Shown here piece by piece: positions 24,912 through 38,100 of a stretch of 60,000 bases of DNA. Position 1 is the stretch's first letter. Each line of letters begins with the position of its first letter. The DNA comes from Lytechinus pictus (lineage: Eukaryota): the NCBI RefSeq assembly GCF_037042905.1, contig NC_087250.1, forward strand, positions 17,486,001-17,546,000, given 5' to 3'. Position numbers and translations under genes: made by a program. The notes under the pieces are model-generated. The model saw only the letters and a program-made list of their open reading frames with translations. It had not been told where the DNA came from and searched no databases.

Positions 24912-25367
24912 GTAAGAGATTGGGGCCCCATCTTACAAAGAGTTGAGACTGATTCGGTCAACCACAACTATGGAAAGCCAGCAAAGTCAACAGATAAAAT
25001 GCATGTTTGTTCAAAATATTTTCTAGATATGTTAATTCATACATTCTTTCTTTCCTTGACAATTCATTGTGCTTCTCTTTCTTTACAAAGGAAAGGACAT
25101 TGTAAAACTTTCTTGTAAAAAATATCATGACACATATGGATTTTCATACATTTGAGGTTGATCAGATCAATCATACTTGTAACTCTTTACAAGAGGGCCC
25201 CTTCTTACAAAGAGTTACGATTGATCCAATCAATTGTAAACCTGTGGAAATCCATCCGAAGATGTTGATGTTGATGATAATGATGATGATGGTGATGATT
25301 ATAATTTTGATTATGATAGTGATGATAATTATGTTACCCTTTCACAATGTCTTATCTCTCCTATCAG

Positions 25368-25522
25368 TTGTGAAATACCAAGTCAGCGTCCACACTGGTG
25401 ATAAGTTTGGAGCCGGTACCGATGCGAACGTCTTTTGTATGCTGTTTGGCGAACTGGGAGACACAGGTGAAAGGCCCCTCGCGAAGTCTTCAACCAATCG
25501 CAATAAATTTGAGCGTCGAGCT
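25368..25522 (+). CDS. LOXHD1: LOXHD1-like exon 16 (PLAT 6)
   Basis: [21 protein letters not shown]...NKFERRA; phase 1-0. Confidence 0.92.
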
Positions 25523-25595
25523 GTAAGTTTTTACCTTATCAAATATCGATCTAGACCCAGATCCAATCTTTTACCACCTTAATGTAACTACTGTA

Positions 25596-26005
25596 CAGGG
25601 TTTCCAGCACATCAGGGAAATAAGAGAAAATTATTTTACTTTTTTCCCAGTAAGGAAAAATCAGGGAATTGTGAATTTGACAAAAAAATACCTCAGATGA
25701 GGGGAAAATGCATCAAATGAGGGAAAAATCAGAATTTTGATCAGCCCAAAAGTCGAAAGCATGGTAGTCAGTCAGACTCTGTTATATATTGTTGCATATC
25801 AAAACAACATCCATTGAAAGACTGGTTATGGTGGTACTAATTAGTTTTACATTATTGTTTTTATACTGAAAATACATGTAATTCACTGCAACAACTTAGA
25901 AAACATGCAAAACTGGGAATGGGTTTGAATAATTATCAGGGAATTTTTAAACTTCATCAGGGAAAAATCAGGGAATTTTTTATTTTTTTTATGCTGGGAA
26001 CCCTG
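25596..26005. mobile_element. hAT-like MITE
   Basis: CAGGGTTTCCAGCA ... TGCTGGGAACCCTG termini with internal TCAGGGAA repeats; TSD not clean. Confidence 0.55.
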
Positions 26006-27542
26006 AACTACAAGTATTTATTATTATGAAGCATTTCTGTCTTTGTTTTTCTCTCTTTTTATCATCTATTCTCTCAGTATCTTCCCTTTTTATAAAACCA
26101 TGTGCAATGTTCTTTTCAGAAAATCATTATCGTATAAAAATGAATTAATTTGAATAAAATGCACACACTTTAGGTTACAACAAGTAAACAGAGCATTTTC
26201 TCATTCAATGCAAATCATTGAATCGTAAACATAGACTACATATACATGTTCCCAATATATAATTGTTCTTCTCCTTTTCAATTGTTACTTCTTTAATGCT
26301 TTCAAAATCATTGTATACCAAACAGGCGGTGAGTATAGAGTATAGTATGCCATATTGTACATGTATATTGCTGCATTGGTTTTTATTTAGCTAACCAACC
26401 AGTGTATTGGAGATACATGTAAAACAAGTGTTCTTATGTACAGATTGTGATTATCATTATTATCAATGTAATTATTTTTTGCTAATAATCCAATTATATG
26501 CAGCATTTCAATAAAACAGCTCAGAAGTAAAGGGGAAGATAAAAAGGGCACCGAAATTGATCAAAATTGATTTTTAAAAGTGTATGTCTGTTGATTGAGA
26601 ATGGCAAAATGCACTGCATAGGAAATGAATGCACAAAGTCGTAGCATTCCTTAGCAAAAAGAAATTAAAATACTGCGAAATGTCACTATATAAATAAAGT
26701 TAGTAGTGGACCTGTGATATGCTGGGCAATGTGCTTTAAAAGTTGCAGAAATTGATAGCCTTGTAAATTTTATCTTGGCTGTGAATATAATTTTTTTTAA
26801 ATCCGTTTTTTTTTTAAATTCTGGGTGACAAGAAATTTGGTAATTATTTTCATTATTATTTAAATAAATGTAGTATCTGTATGAGTGAAAAACCAGGTGA
26901 ACAAAATTAATATACAGTATGTCTGAAAAAAGTAGGATGTTTTTGGCTTTCCATAATTTTGGCACAGATTTAGACCATGGCTTTATAGTTACACTTGAGG
27001 TTAGAATACAGAGGCCTGTTTAATAACAGATTTGCACTAAAAGTTTAAAAGTACTGAAATCATTCAAATTTGATTGGCTGATAGTGCACTTGTTATAGAA
27101 ATGATGAATTTGTTATTTTAACAAGTCTTTATGAAATTAGACCCAGGTGTCTGTTTCATGAATGCTTGGTAATTCAAGCTCAAAGTCATCTCTAAGAAAA
27201 GCCAAGCTGTTCATTAATCTTCTGTGAACAGGCGTTATGCCTTTCACATGCAAATGCCATGCGTTTGAATTTTGACCACTGAAGCGTATTGTCAAGCTTG
27301 GCTTTCCATAGAGCTGGCATTGTGCTAGAATTACATGTATGGTGCTTTCATGAAGCGCACACCAGCTATTAAGTTTAGCTGTATTTATACAAAGAGAAGA
27401 CAGTCTTGGAATTTTGGGGCCAACTAACATTAGACCTTACGGCTCTTTAATACTGACTTGATATAGATTGCTATTAACTTAACCTCATATCTTTCGCTGT
27501 GATCTGTGTGGTACTGAGACTAATTAAATCTTTACTCTGTAG

Positions 27543-27611
27543 GATATAGACATTCCAATGGAAATAGATCTAGATGTATATTTACGAGACGGCGAAGAAG
27601 AAGGGATGAAG
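27543..27611 (+). CDS. Candidate 69-nt in-frame cassette exon
   Basis: ctaat...tttactctgtag|GAT...AAG|gtgacc; DIDIPMEIDLDVYLRDGEEEGMK; phase 0-0 within a phase-0 intron. Confidence 0.4.
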
Positions 27612-27699
27612 GTGACCAAAAAAAAATAGAGATCCACGAATTATTCCACTCTCATTAAATCTTCATCTTCATCCGTTTGCATTCATTTTAGAGGAATCA

Positions 27700-28664
27700 T
27701 TTTTGTCTCACCTGCATAGCAGAGTGAGACTATAGGCGCCGCTTTTCCGACGGCGGCGGCGGCGTCAACACCAAATCTTAACCTGAGGTTAAGTTTTTGA
27801 AATGACAGCATAACTTAGAAAGTATATGGACCTAGTTCATGAAACTTGGCCATAAGGTTAATCAAGTATTACTGAACATCCTGCCTGAGTTTCATGTCAC
27901 ATGACCAAGGTCAAAGGTCATTTAGGGTCAATGAACTTAGACCATGTTGGGGGAATCAACACCAAATCTTAACCTGAGGTTAAGTTTTTGAAATGACAGC
28001 ATAACTTAGAAAGTATATGGACCTAGTTCATGAAACTTATACATAAGGTTAATCAAGTATCACTGAACATCCTGCATGAGTTTCACGTCACATGACCAAG
28101 GTCAAAGGTCATTTAGGGTCAATGAACTTTGGCCGAATTGGGGGTATCTGTTGAATTACCATCATAACTTTGAAAGTTTATGGATCTGATTCATGAAACT
28201 TGGACATAATAGTAATCAAGTATTACTGAACATCCTGTGCAAGTTTCAGGTCACATGATCAAGGTCAAAGGTCATTTAGGGTCAATGAACTTTGGCCAAA
28301 TTGGGGTATTTGTTGAATTACAGCCATAAATTTGAAAGTGTGTTGGTCTAGTTCATAAAACTTGGACATAATAGTAATCAAGTATCACTGAACATCCTGT
28401 GCGAGTTTCAGGTCACATGATCAAGGTCACATGATCAAGGTCAAAGGTCATGTAAGGTCAAAGAACTTTGGCCACGTTGGGGGTATTTGTTGAATTGCCA
28501 TCATATCTCTATAAGTGTATTGGTCTCGTTCATAAAACGTGGAAATAAGAGTAACCAAGTATCACTGAACATCTTGTGCGAGTTATAGTAGTTTTCAAAA
28601 TCAGCACTGCTGCTATATTGAATCGCGTGATGCAGGTGAGACGGCCAGAGGCATTCCACTTGTT
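27700..28664 (+). mobile_element. HINE-like element, copy 2
   Basis: Near-identical to 14910-15867 along its full length. Confidence 0.75.
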
Positions 28665-28766
28665 TTAAAATGCACCTGCATTGCATGGGATAATCTGGCT
28701 GTGCGGCAGAGGATTTTTTTTTTCTCTCTCAAAATCAGGTCTGGATTGTATAGACCACTCCCTTAA

Positions 28767-29495
28767 CCCTAAACTGACCGGGGGGGGGGGTTGAATCAAC
28801 CCCCCCCCCCTCAACATTTTCTGCCATAATTTCGCCGTGCGAAATTTTTTTACTGCGCCACTCACAGAGATTATACTTTTAAGTCTCGCGCATCTTTTGA
28901 GACCAAATTTGCGACGCCCGGGCACGCGGTTCCGAAATTACGCAACATTTCGAAAGTGCATGTCAGACCAAAAATTGTTCCAAAACGTGATTTTGTGTAC
29001 AAAGTCAATGCAAATTGAGTTTTCTCATCTTATTCATAAAGATATGATTATTTTTGCTTTAAACTGCTGATATCAATTGATTTTAGCATAATTATGCTTC
29101 AAAAAGGTTGTGCAATAAATCTGGTGAAAAAAATCAAAGAAAAACAAAAGGTTGAAAAACAAGGAAATACATAAGAAATTCATAAAACAATAAAATACAT
29201 AAGAAATTGATTTTCAAACCGAAGTTTTTTTCAATTGTGATTGTTAAGAATGCTACAAAGAATATTTTCACAAAAAATTAGCATTCTAGGAGCTTTATTT
29301 AGTGAATTAGAGCAAAAAGTATGTTTTATGCATAAATTAGCATAATTAATTCATATAAAATAAAATCTCATTATTTTGGAAAATTTTACCATACAGCCTT
29401 GTAGATTACATCGCACTCTACCAGCGTGCAAATTTTTGCGGCGCTCGCGCGATCGGCGACCGAAAAGCCAAAAAAGCCCGGTCTAGTTTATAGGG
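28767..29495. mobile_element. piggyBac-like non-autonomous element
   Basis: TTAA|CCCTAAACTGACCGGG ... CCCGGTCTAGTTTATAGGG|TTAA. Confidence 0.7.
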
Positions 29496-31667
29496 TTAAT
29501 CCCAAGTAAAAGGGGACAGTATTATGTCTCCTGTCAGACCATCTACAATTTAACATACTTGGGACTATTTCTAACTAATTTTCTTCTGCGAAAAATTGAG
29601 TCCTCTGCTGTGATGACAGGCTATTTCCAAAATGCACATGTAAATAAAATTCACCCTCAGCAATACCATGTTCCACCAAAACTGCATGTACTAGATAAAT
29701 TTCACTACTTACTGTATGAAAGTAAGTTTGACATGATTGCTAGCACAACTTATAGACTGGTTCTATAACACATATTCCTTTCAAGTGGGAGACACTGGGT
29801 GATTTTAAGTACAGTGTTGGCCTTGGTGTTGATGTTGGAATTTGGATTGCTTCCCCTAGCTCCAAAACCTATTTAGAGTCTGTAAAACCGAACCAGATCA
29901 CACATTATTGACATCTCAACAGCTAGTGAGTGCTTCATTTTATGTTTGGTGTTATAATCGTGTAAAAATTGACCTAACATTAACACCAAAAGGTCAACAC
30001 TGAACTTGAAATCACCCATTTTGGTGGCTACTAAAGACAGGTTAATTTCCACCATAAAAAAAGACAGGTGGCCGCCAGAACGGTTTGACTGTAGTAGATT
30101 TCCAGCAGGATGCACCGTTTCATTATCGTGTGTGATATTTCATTATTGACCTGGCTGGGGCCTGAACCTGTGATCCTCAGACTACATTATATGACACCTA
30201 GATAGATCCTTGTCATTTGATTGGTTGTTTGATATCGATCATCCAGCCCATTTTACAATGATCCATGCAATCCATGCAATTTTGGATACATCCATCGTGC
30301 AATTTTGGATCCATATACGATTTGTCCATTGCACGCGCGCACCGAGACAGCAGGCGCCACAAACCACCCGTGTTTGAACTGCACATGTTGTATGTACGCG
30401 ATAATCAGCAGACTGAGCTTGCACCGCATGACCATATTTCGCATCGATATTCATAAATTTCATATGAAAAAGAAAAAAATTTTAGGTGTCATATAAACCA
30501 CATAATGAACGTTCTTTTCATCCGTGCAATGGACAGAATACTTCATTCTGTGAAAGATTAAATGATCCATTCAACTCAGCTACGCCTTGTTGAATGGATC
30601 ATTTCATCTTTCACCTCATGAAGTGTTCTGTCCATTGCACTCATGAATATTCATTATTTGTATATTGTAAGTGCCAGTTAGTGAACCACAATCCACCACA
30701 CCCGTTAACTTTATATATATATATATATATGTGTGTATATAATCATGTACATTATATTACAGACCCTAGTTTTCTGGTTCCTAATGTATTTAAAAAATGC
30801 TAATTCTCACATCCCAAAACATAACCTGGATTCAGCAACTGTTAATGACGAAAATTTGAGAGAAAAAAAATCAAATTTCCATAAGCACAATTTTAAAACA
30901 GGGAAACAGTTTGATGGGCCAACTTTTCCCTTTAATGCACAGTCTTGTTTTCTTTAATTTTTCTTTGGTTTTCATGATTTTCACTGCAATTTGTTGCCAT
31001 TCAAATTGTTTTGCTTGAAAAACGTTTACTGTGAAGTGTGTGATTCTTTTCTGTTTTCTGGATCAGAAGAAAACTAGGGAATTTAATGTATTCATAGACA
31101 AACAAACAAATTTTGTTATCATACCTCCATGACATAGATTGTTCCATAGGAGTAAACCGAGAACCCTTTGTAACATTTACGGATTTTACTTTCACCTGAA
31201 TGAAGTCATCTACATGTACAAGTCACTTTATAGTTTCAAGGACAGTTCACTCCAATTTGCACTTTATTGAAATCATATCATACAACGTGATATACATGTA
31301 TGGGTTAGCTGCTTGCATGTGTCTTCAAAATACTAATATTAAAAAATTTTAAGTTTCCGTAACTTTATTATTCATCAATGAATTTTTGCCAAACCTCAAG
31401 GTGTTTTTATAATTTTTCTGATTTTTGTAAAAGTCTTTCAATTACCAACATATGCATACTATGTTTTACAAAGTGATTGCAAGGTACTTTTATCACGAAA
31501 GAAATGGTAGCACTCAAATGTCATCCAAATAATAGATTTTTTACAGTTTGAATTTTTTATGACAATTTCTGTGGCCTGTGGCATAGAGTTACTATTGATA
31601 TACTTTCCAATTTCATGGAATGCTTTATTTTGATTGGCATCTTACATTGTAGGTATCATAGTAACCA

Positions 31668-33180
31668 TCATGATGGTAGTTACCATTGGATGGCAAAGTT
31701 ACTCCATGATGTGTAAAAATAGCTTTTATGCAACAGGGTTTGTTAACTGTAAAGTTACGAGTCAGATATTCTAAAGATTTTATGGCTGATTTTATGTAAT
31801 TGTAACTATAAACATGCAAATGTAATTTGTTTACACCATTTGCGAATTTTTTCCCTGAAGTTGCATGGTAAAAAGAGTTTTTTGATTTATGGTTTCACAT
31901 TCCACAAAAACATACATCTTGAACATAATTATGAGAAGATGACAACAAATACATAGCTCTAGTGTTTTACAAAGAAATACAATATCGTGAAATATGAGGA
32001 ACCTATTAAAAAGCAAAGCTTGTAGACATATAGGTTCCCAGAAGAAAATAATCAAGGATTAAAAACTCCTAACGCAATGAAGCGAGATAAATCAAATGTA
32101 GAAAAATGATACATTATAAAGAGTTCTACATGATGGTAGTTACTATTGGATGGCAAAGTTACTCCATGATGTGTAAAAATAGCTTTTATGCAACAGGGTT
32201 TGTTAACTGTAAAGTTACGAATCAGATATTCTAAAGATTTTATGGCTGATTTTATGGTAATTGTAACTAACATGCAAATGTAATTTGTTTACACCATTTG
32301 CGAATTTTTTCACTGAAGTTGCATGGTAAAAAGAGTTTTTTGATTTATTGTTTCACATTCCACAAAAACATACATCTTGAACATAATTATGAGAAGATGA
32401 CAAAAAATACATAGTTGTAGTGTTTTACAAAGAAATACAATATCGTGAAATATGAGGAACCTATTAAAAAGCAAAGCTTGTAGACATATAGGTTCCCAGA
32501 AGAAAATAACCAAGGATTAAAAACTCCTAACGCAATGAAGCGAGATAAATCAAATGTAGAAAAATGATACATTATAAAGAGTGATGGTAGTTACTATTGG
32601 ATGGCAAAGTTACTCCATGATGTGTAAAAATAGCTTTTATGCAACAGGGTTTGTTAACTGTAAAGTTAATAGTCAGATATTCTAAAGATTTTATGGTTGA
32701 TTATGGTAATTGTAACTAACATGTAAATGTTATTTGTTTACACCATTTGCAAATTTTTTCACTGAAGTTGCATGGTAAAAAGAGTTTTTTGATTTATTGT
32801 TTCACATTCCACAAAAACATACATCTTGAACATAATTATGAGAAGATGACAAAAAATACATAGTTGTAGTGTTTTACAAAGAAATACAATATCGTGAAAT
32901 ATGAGGAACCTATTAAAAAGCAAAGCTTGTAGACATATAGGTTCCCAGAAGAAAATAACCAAGGATTAAAAACTCCTAACGCAATGAAGCGAGATAAATC
33001 AAATGTAGAAAAATAATACATTATAAAGAGTTCTACATGATGGTAGTTACTATTGGATGGCAAAGTTACTCCATGATGTGTCAAAGTAGCTTTTATGCAA
33101 CAGGGTTTGTTATCTGTAAAGTTACGAGTCAGATATTCTAAAGATATTATGGTTGATTATGGTAATTGTAACTAACAATT
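31668..33180 (+). repeat. Tandem array of ~455-bp units, about 3.3 copies
   Basis: GATGGTAGTTACYATTGGATGGCAAAG recurs near 31670, 32130, 32583 and 33038. Confidence 0.9.
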
Positions 33181-34297
33181 ATCATTTATGGCTGAAAATA
33201 TGTGTGATTTTTCATTACTATGCAAGAGTTCATTTCATTTCACTCCACACATGTGACGATACCCAACATTTCTGCTCGAGTTGTATTGATTTGTTTTTTT
33301 AATACATTATGCATGCTGCTACATGTACATATTCAAAGGCATATTGACTGTATGATTTTTTTTTTATTAAATCATTTGAAATAAAATATGTGTATACAAT
33401 ATGCATGCTAGCTTTGAAAAGCATACATGTATTTTTATTATTATTTGCTATGATATAAAACTAAAAATGTATGAATCTTTGTAAAAATTAAGCATTTCAA
33501 ACTCGCGTTTCACTTGAGTAATTCATATGTACATGTATTTTGTACAGCTTTATTATGTTCGTTCATTTTCTTAAAAGACATACATGTACATGTATCTCAT
33601 TGATTCTTTCAATTATCATTTATGGCTGAAATATGTGTGATTTTTCATTACTATGCAAGAGCTTTCATTTTGCTATTGTATAACATGATTTTAAAAAAAA
33701 ATTTATATGCTCATTGGTTGTATAATTTGTAAATGAGGAGCAAGTCATGAAAGGACTCTTCGGACATTTTATCCCTCGAGGCCCAATTTATCCAACAGAC
33801 TTGACCGTAGAAATAACGCTTACATTCTCAGCCAATCAAAAACAAGGAAAGTTGTCAGTTGTGGAGCGCGTTTCATCAAAACTATTGCCCAGCAGGTATT
33901 CAGATCTGACAAGTTTCCTTGATTTTGATTAGCTGAGAAGCACTCATGGTAACTGTCGAATGAAACAGGACTTGTAGTATAAAACTGTTATCCTACAAGT
34001 CCTTTTCATAAAACGCTCCCCAGTTTATCCGACAGACTTTATCTTAGTAACATAGCTTCTCAGCTAATCAAAATCAGGGAAAGTTGTCTGACGAGAAATG
34101 CTGATGAAACTCCCCCAGGCAGCTTGCCATAGACAAATATTGATAAAAAAACACCTATGTTATCATTATCCTTTACTCCATGTGGTGTTCAGGCGGACGT
34201 GTTTACAGTAGAAGCAGTGACGTTGAGGCAGCTTGCCATAGACAAATGTTGATGAAACTCCTAGTTATCATTTTTCTTTACTCCATGTTACAATCAG

Positions 34298-34455
34298 GTG
34301 GACGTGTTTACGGTAGAAGCAGTGACGTTGAGACAGCTGAAGCGGATCAGGATCGGTCACGACGGGACCGGGGCCGGAGCAGGTTGGTTCCTTGATAAGG
34401 TGGTGGTCATAGAGGAAGGCAAGAGTAAATCCCAGGTGGTATTCCCATGCCAAAG
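34298..34455 (+). CDS. LOXHD1: LOXHD1-like exon 17 (PLAT 6)
   Basis: VDVFTVEAVTLRQLKRIRIGHDGTGAGAGWFLDKV; phase 0-2. Confidence 0.92.
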
Positions 34456-34903
34456 GTAAGATCAACATTTAAAGGTCAACCCCAGTAAAAAGTGAATTTC
34501 AATAAAAAGAGAAAAATCATGCAAGCAAAATGCTGATGTTTTCATCTAAATTGGATGTTTAATAAGAAAGTTATGACATTTGAAAGTTTCCCTTATTCTT
34601 CACAAAACATTTACATATTACGCACAACATAGCTGATATGCAAATGGGGGAACAATGATGTCACCTATTCGCTATTTTATTTTATTTTTATCTAATGTTG
34701 TGACTTTGAAACATGATTTGCATACAAAAACAATTATGTTCAGGACTTGTAGGATATATAGTTCATTTATATGATTTTCATGGTTGGCAATTTCATCATT
34801 TACCGTAATAGTTATGTTCTGGATTTCTAAATACTTCCATTCGAAGGTTTGCATTTTCATAACTGAATTGTTTTCTTCATTTTATTTTCCTTGAATTTGT
34901 CAG

Positions 34904-34980
34904 ATGGCTTGATAGAGATGAAGATGATGGCCTGATCGTCAGGGAGCTTGTTCCTGAGGGAACCTCACAACTATTAAGCA
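34904..34980 (+). CDS. LOXHD1: LOXHD1-like exon 18 (PLAT 6)
   Basis: WLDRDEDDGLIVRELVP; phase 2-1. Confidence 0.92.
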
Positions 34981-35319
34981 GTAAGTTATGTTTTCATGAT
35001 AATAATGATTATTTTATTTTTGTTATACTGCATTAGCAGCAAAGATCTAAACTCATACAAGCAATAGTATGAGGCAATAGTTTTTTGTTTTTATGAAAAT
35101 AGATATTTCTTTTATATTGTATTCAGCATAATCAGCAAAGATATGAAGAAGAGATACAAGCAAAAAGATGAGGCGAATGGTTTGCTTGAGGAAAAAACTC
35201 AAATTAGCAGATTTCGTAAATAGGAAACATTTTACGTCTATAGAGTAAATCAGATTTATATTATTTCTTAAAAATCAAAGATAATTCATGGAGCTAATCT
35301 CTCTTCTTTTTCCACTCAG

Positions 35320-35513
35320 CTACCTCCTACCACATATCCGTCAAGACCGGTGACGAGCGTGCTGCTGGCACCGATGCCAATGTCTATGTGAAACTCTTCG
35401 GTGAAGATGGCGACACCGGTCTGATACCCCTCAAGCAGTCAGAAAATACTAGAAATAAGTTTGAGAGAGGCAGAGTGGACAAGTTCACACTAGAAGGGAT
35501 GGATATTGGAAAG
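35320..35513 (+). CDS. LOXHD1: LOXHD1-like exon 19 (PLAT 7)
   Basis: TSYHISVKTGDERAAGTDANVYVKLFG; phase 1-0. Confidence 0.92.
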
Positions 35514-35952
35514 GTAATTCAGATTATCTTTATAGTATGAACATGTCTTTTGTATAGTCCTCTTTACTCGCACATATCATGTATTACCATCCACTTGGAA
35601 CTCCACCAGTAGTCGCCAAAAGTAAGATTTGATGAGGTCTTGAATAAGTTTAAAAGTCATATGGGCGATAGCTTTCATGGGAAGTGCATTATTATTTGAT
35701 GACCCTACACTTTGTTCGAAGCATTGGGAAGAACTTGTAGCAGAAACTTCTTTGAGAGAGGCAAACTTGATGCACCGGCAAGAAATTCTCCAGCTCACCT
35801 TGGCCTCGGGATATTGTCAGGCTAGTATATATGAAATAATGAATTTGCCATAAGCCAATTTCCAGTGGCATCACATTACATACAATGGTCATAAATATGC
35901 ATAATTGGCATCCAAATGGTTTCAAATCCCTCCATGAAAGCTGAGACTCATA

Positions 35953-36365
35953 GGCCCGAATTCACAAAGGTGGTTTTGAAAACCCACGGTTGAATCCATG
36001 GTTCATGCAGATTTCCTGTATAAATTACTCTCGTTTTACCGCATATATTAACAAATTTCCAATGCTGATGTGCGCTTTTGTCACAGTGCGCCAAATTGAT
36101 GCCTGTTGCTGTGGTTATCCACGCTATTTCATTCATGAGTCCACTGTTTTGAATAATGAGTCCTTTCTTCAAACAGTGAACTCATGAATAAAATAGCGTA
36201 TCTAACCATTGTAACAGGCGTCAGTTTGGCGCACTGTGACAAAAGCGCGCATCAGCATTGGACATTTATTTTACACGTGCCCGATACACTCTAAATTAAG
36301 CGTAATTTATACAGGAATTCTGCATAAACCGTGGGTTTACAAAACCACCTTTGTGAATTCAGGCC
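35953..36365. mobile_element. Palindromic MITE, second copy
   Basis: Homologous to 10869-11298. Confidence 0.8.
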
Positions 36366-36750
36366 ATTTGGCTTTAAAAAGGCAGATCCTAAGATTGAAA
36401 TGAAATATAGCTCGTCAAAATTGATCAACCATTAACCACACAAGTATTTGATAGAATGAAGGAGAATTCTAGTGAGAGCTTCAACGAGTATGGAGAAAAG
36501 AAGGTTTGAAGGTTGTGTTTACTCAAGCATTGAACGTATATACTGCGCAAGCTGGGCTAAACTTTCATCAATCCGGAAAAAATGATGTAAAAACAACCCT
36601 TGCATTTTGTTTTTTGGTTAAACTTAACGAATTACAGGTAACGTAAGATAGGCTTATGGTTTACCATGTGGTGAGTTAGGATGGTGGAAGTCTTTTAGGG
36701 ATTAATCTAATCACGGTGATGTCAACATATCCATTGATATATTTCATCAG

Positions 36751-36943
36751 ATTGACTACATGCGGATCGGACACGACGGATCTGGACCAGGAGCCGGTTG
36801 GTTCTTGGACCACGTTGAGATCGACATCCCGTCCCGCGGTGAGAACTACATGTTTGCCGCCCATCGTTGGCTGGCCGAGGATGAGGAGGACGGCGAACTG
36901 GAGATCGAACTCCAACCATCCAACTTCAAGAAGACTAAGCCTC
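36751..36943 (+). CDS. LOXHD1: LOXHD1-like exon 20 (PLAT 7)
   Basis: IDYMRIGHDGSGPGAGWFLDHVEID; phase 0-1. Confidence 0.92.
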
Positions 36944-37936
36944 GTAAGTCATTTGTGTATCTTCAACGATAATTTCTTGTGATCTGTTTCCACTTCTGTT
37001 GATCAAGACAAGCCCAAAGCCTGGAATACTCTCTCTTCCTCAAATTGGGTGACCTACTTTATCAACTAGTACTGCTCCATCTATCAATTTGTCGGGGTTT
37101 TTTTTTGCTTGTCAGGTTTTTACAGAGATAAAAAAACCTCAAACTTTGATCGCTGATACTTTCTTTCCCTTATTTTTTTTGGTTTTACTTGTGAAGCTTT
37201 TTGGGGGACAAGACGCACCCTCCGTGGGTGCAATAAATGAAATGTTTCTGTTTCAATGCGTTTTGTAGAAAAATTAATATTCCCTGGTTGCCTGTAAAGA
37301 TATGCAGTATTTGTGTATCTTTTTTTTTATAGTGTTTTCCTAGTTTATCCTAATGCCCTATTATGCACAGTTGAGTATATCCATTTCGAGATTACACAAT
37401 ATATTGTTATTACAAATGGAAAGCACCACAATTTGGGAGCTAATACGTCCGTATATAATAATAATAATTAAGACGATACCATAGTGGAAATTGGATGACC
37501 ACTTTTATCCCATTGTTTATACATAACACCTCTCATAATATTATCTGTACATTTCAAGTTATATGCAATAATTAATTAATTCCATTTATATATCCAATTC
37601 TAATTAGAAAATTGATTAAGTGGGGTTTTTTTTCAACGTGATATCAAAGACAGCTTTAACTGATTATTTTCCTGCATTTATGTTACTCTAAATAATTTTC
37701 TATATTGGTATGTGTTATTTGTTTTGTAATCCATGTATTGACCTGCCATTTGTTTGGAATGGAAACGGTGGACTTGGTCTCTTTATGACTGTATATACAT
37801 GTATATAGTATATCATTGTCTTTGAACTTGAATAAAGTCATGATGAAACAACACTAACTCTCAGGAACATTTGCCCATGACTTTGAGGTATTGATTATAA
37901 TCCTAAGATTTTTTTCTCGATGTATTTCCATTCTAG

Positions 37937-38100
37937 GCATCCCTTACGAGATCACCATCATAACAGGGGACAAGTCAGGGGCTGGCACCGATGCCAACGT
38001 CTTTCTGAGGATGTACGGTGACGACGGCGCCAAGACTGAGGAGTTCTCCCTCAGAAACAGGACTGATAACTTTGAGAAGAGCATGACAGATAAGTTCAAG
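37937..38100 (+). CDS. LOXHD1: LOXHD1-like exon 21 (PLAT 8)
   Basis: [27 protein letters not shown]; phase 1-0. Confidence 0.92.

Noticed and set aside
31625..33084. Repeated minus-strand ORFs (MVIFFWEPICLQ...)
   Set aside because: They recur only because of the tandem array; there are no recognisable domains or splice structure.
35577..35925. Minus-strand ORFs in intron 19
   Set aside because: No convincing motif; possibly a decayed retroelement, but unsupported.
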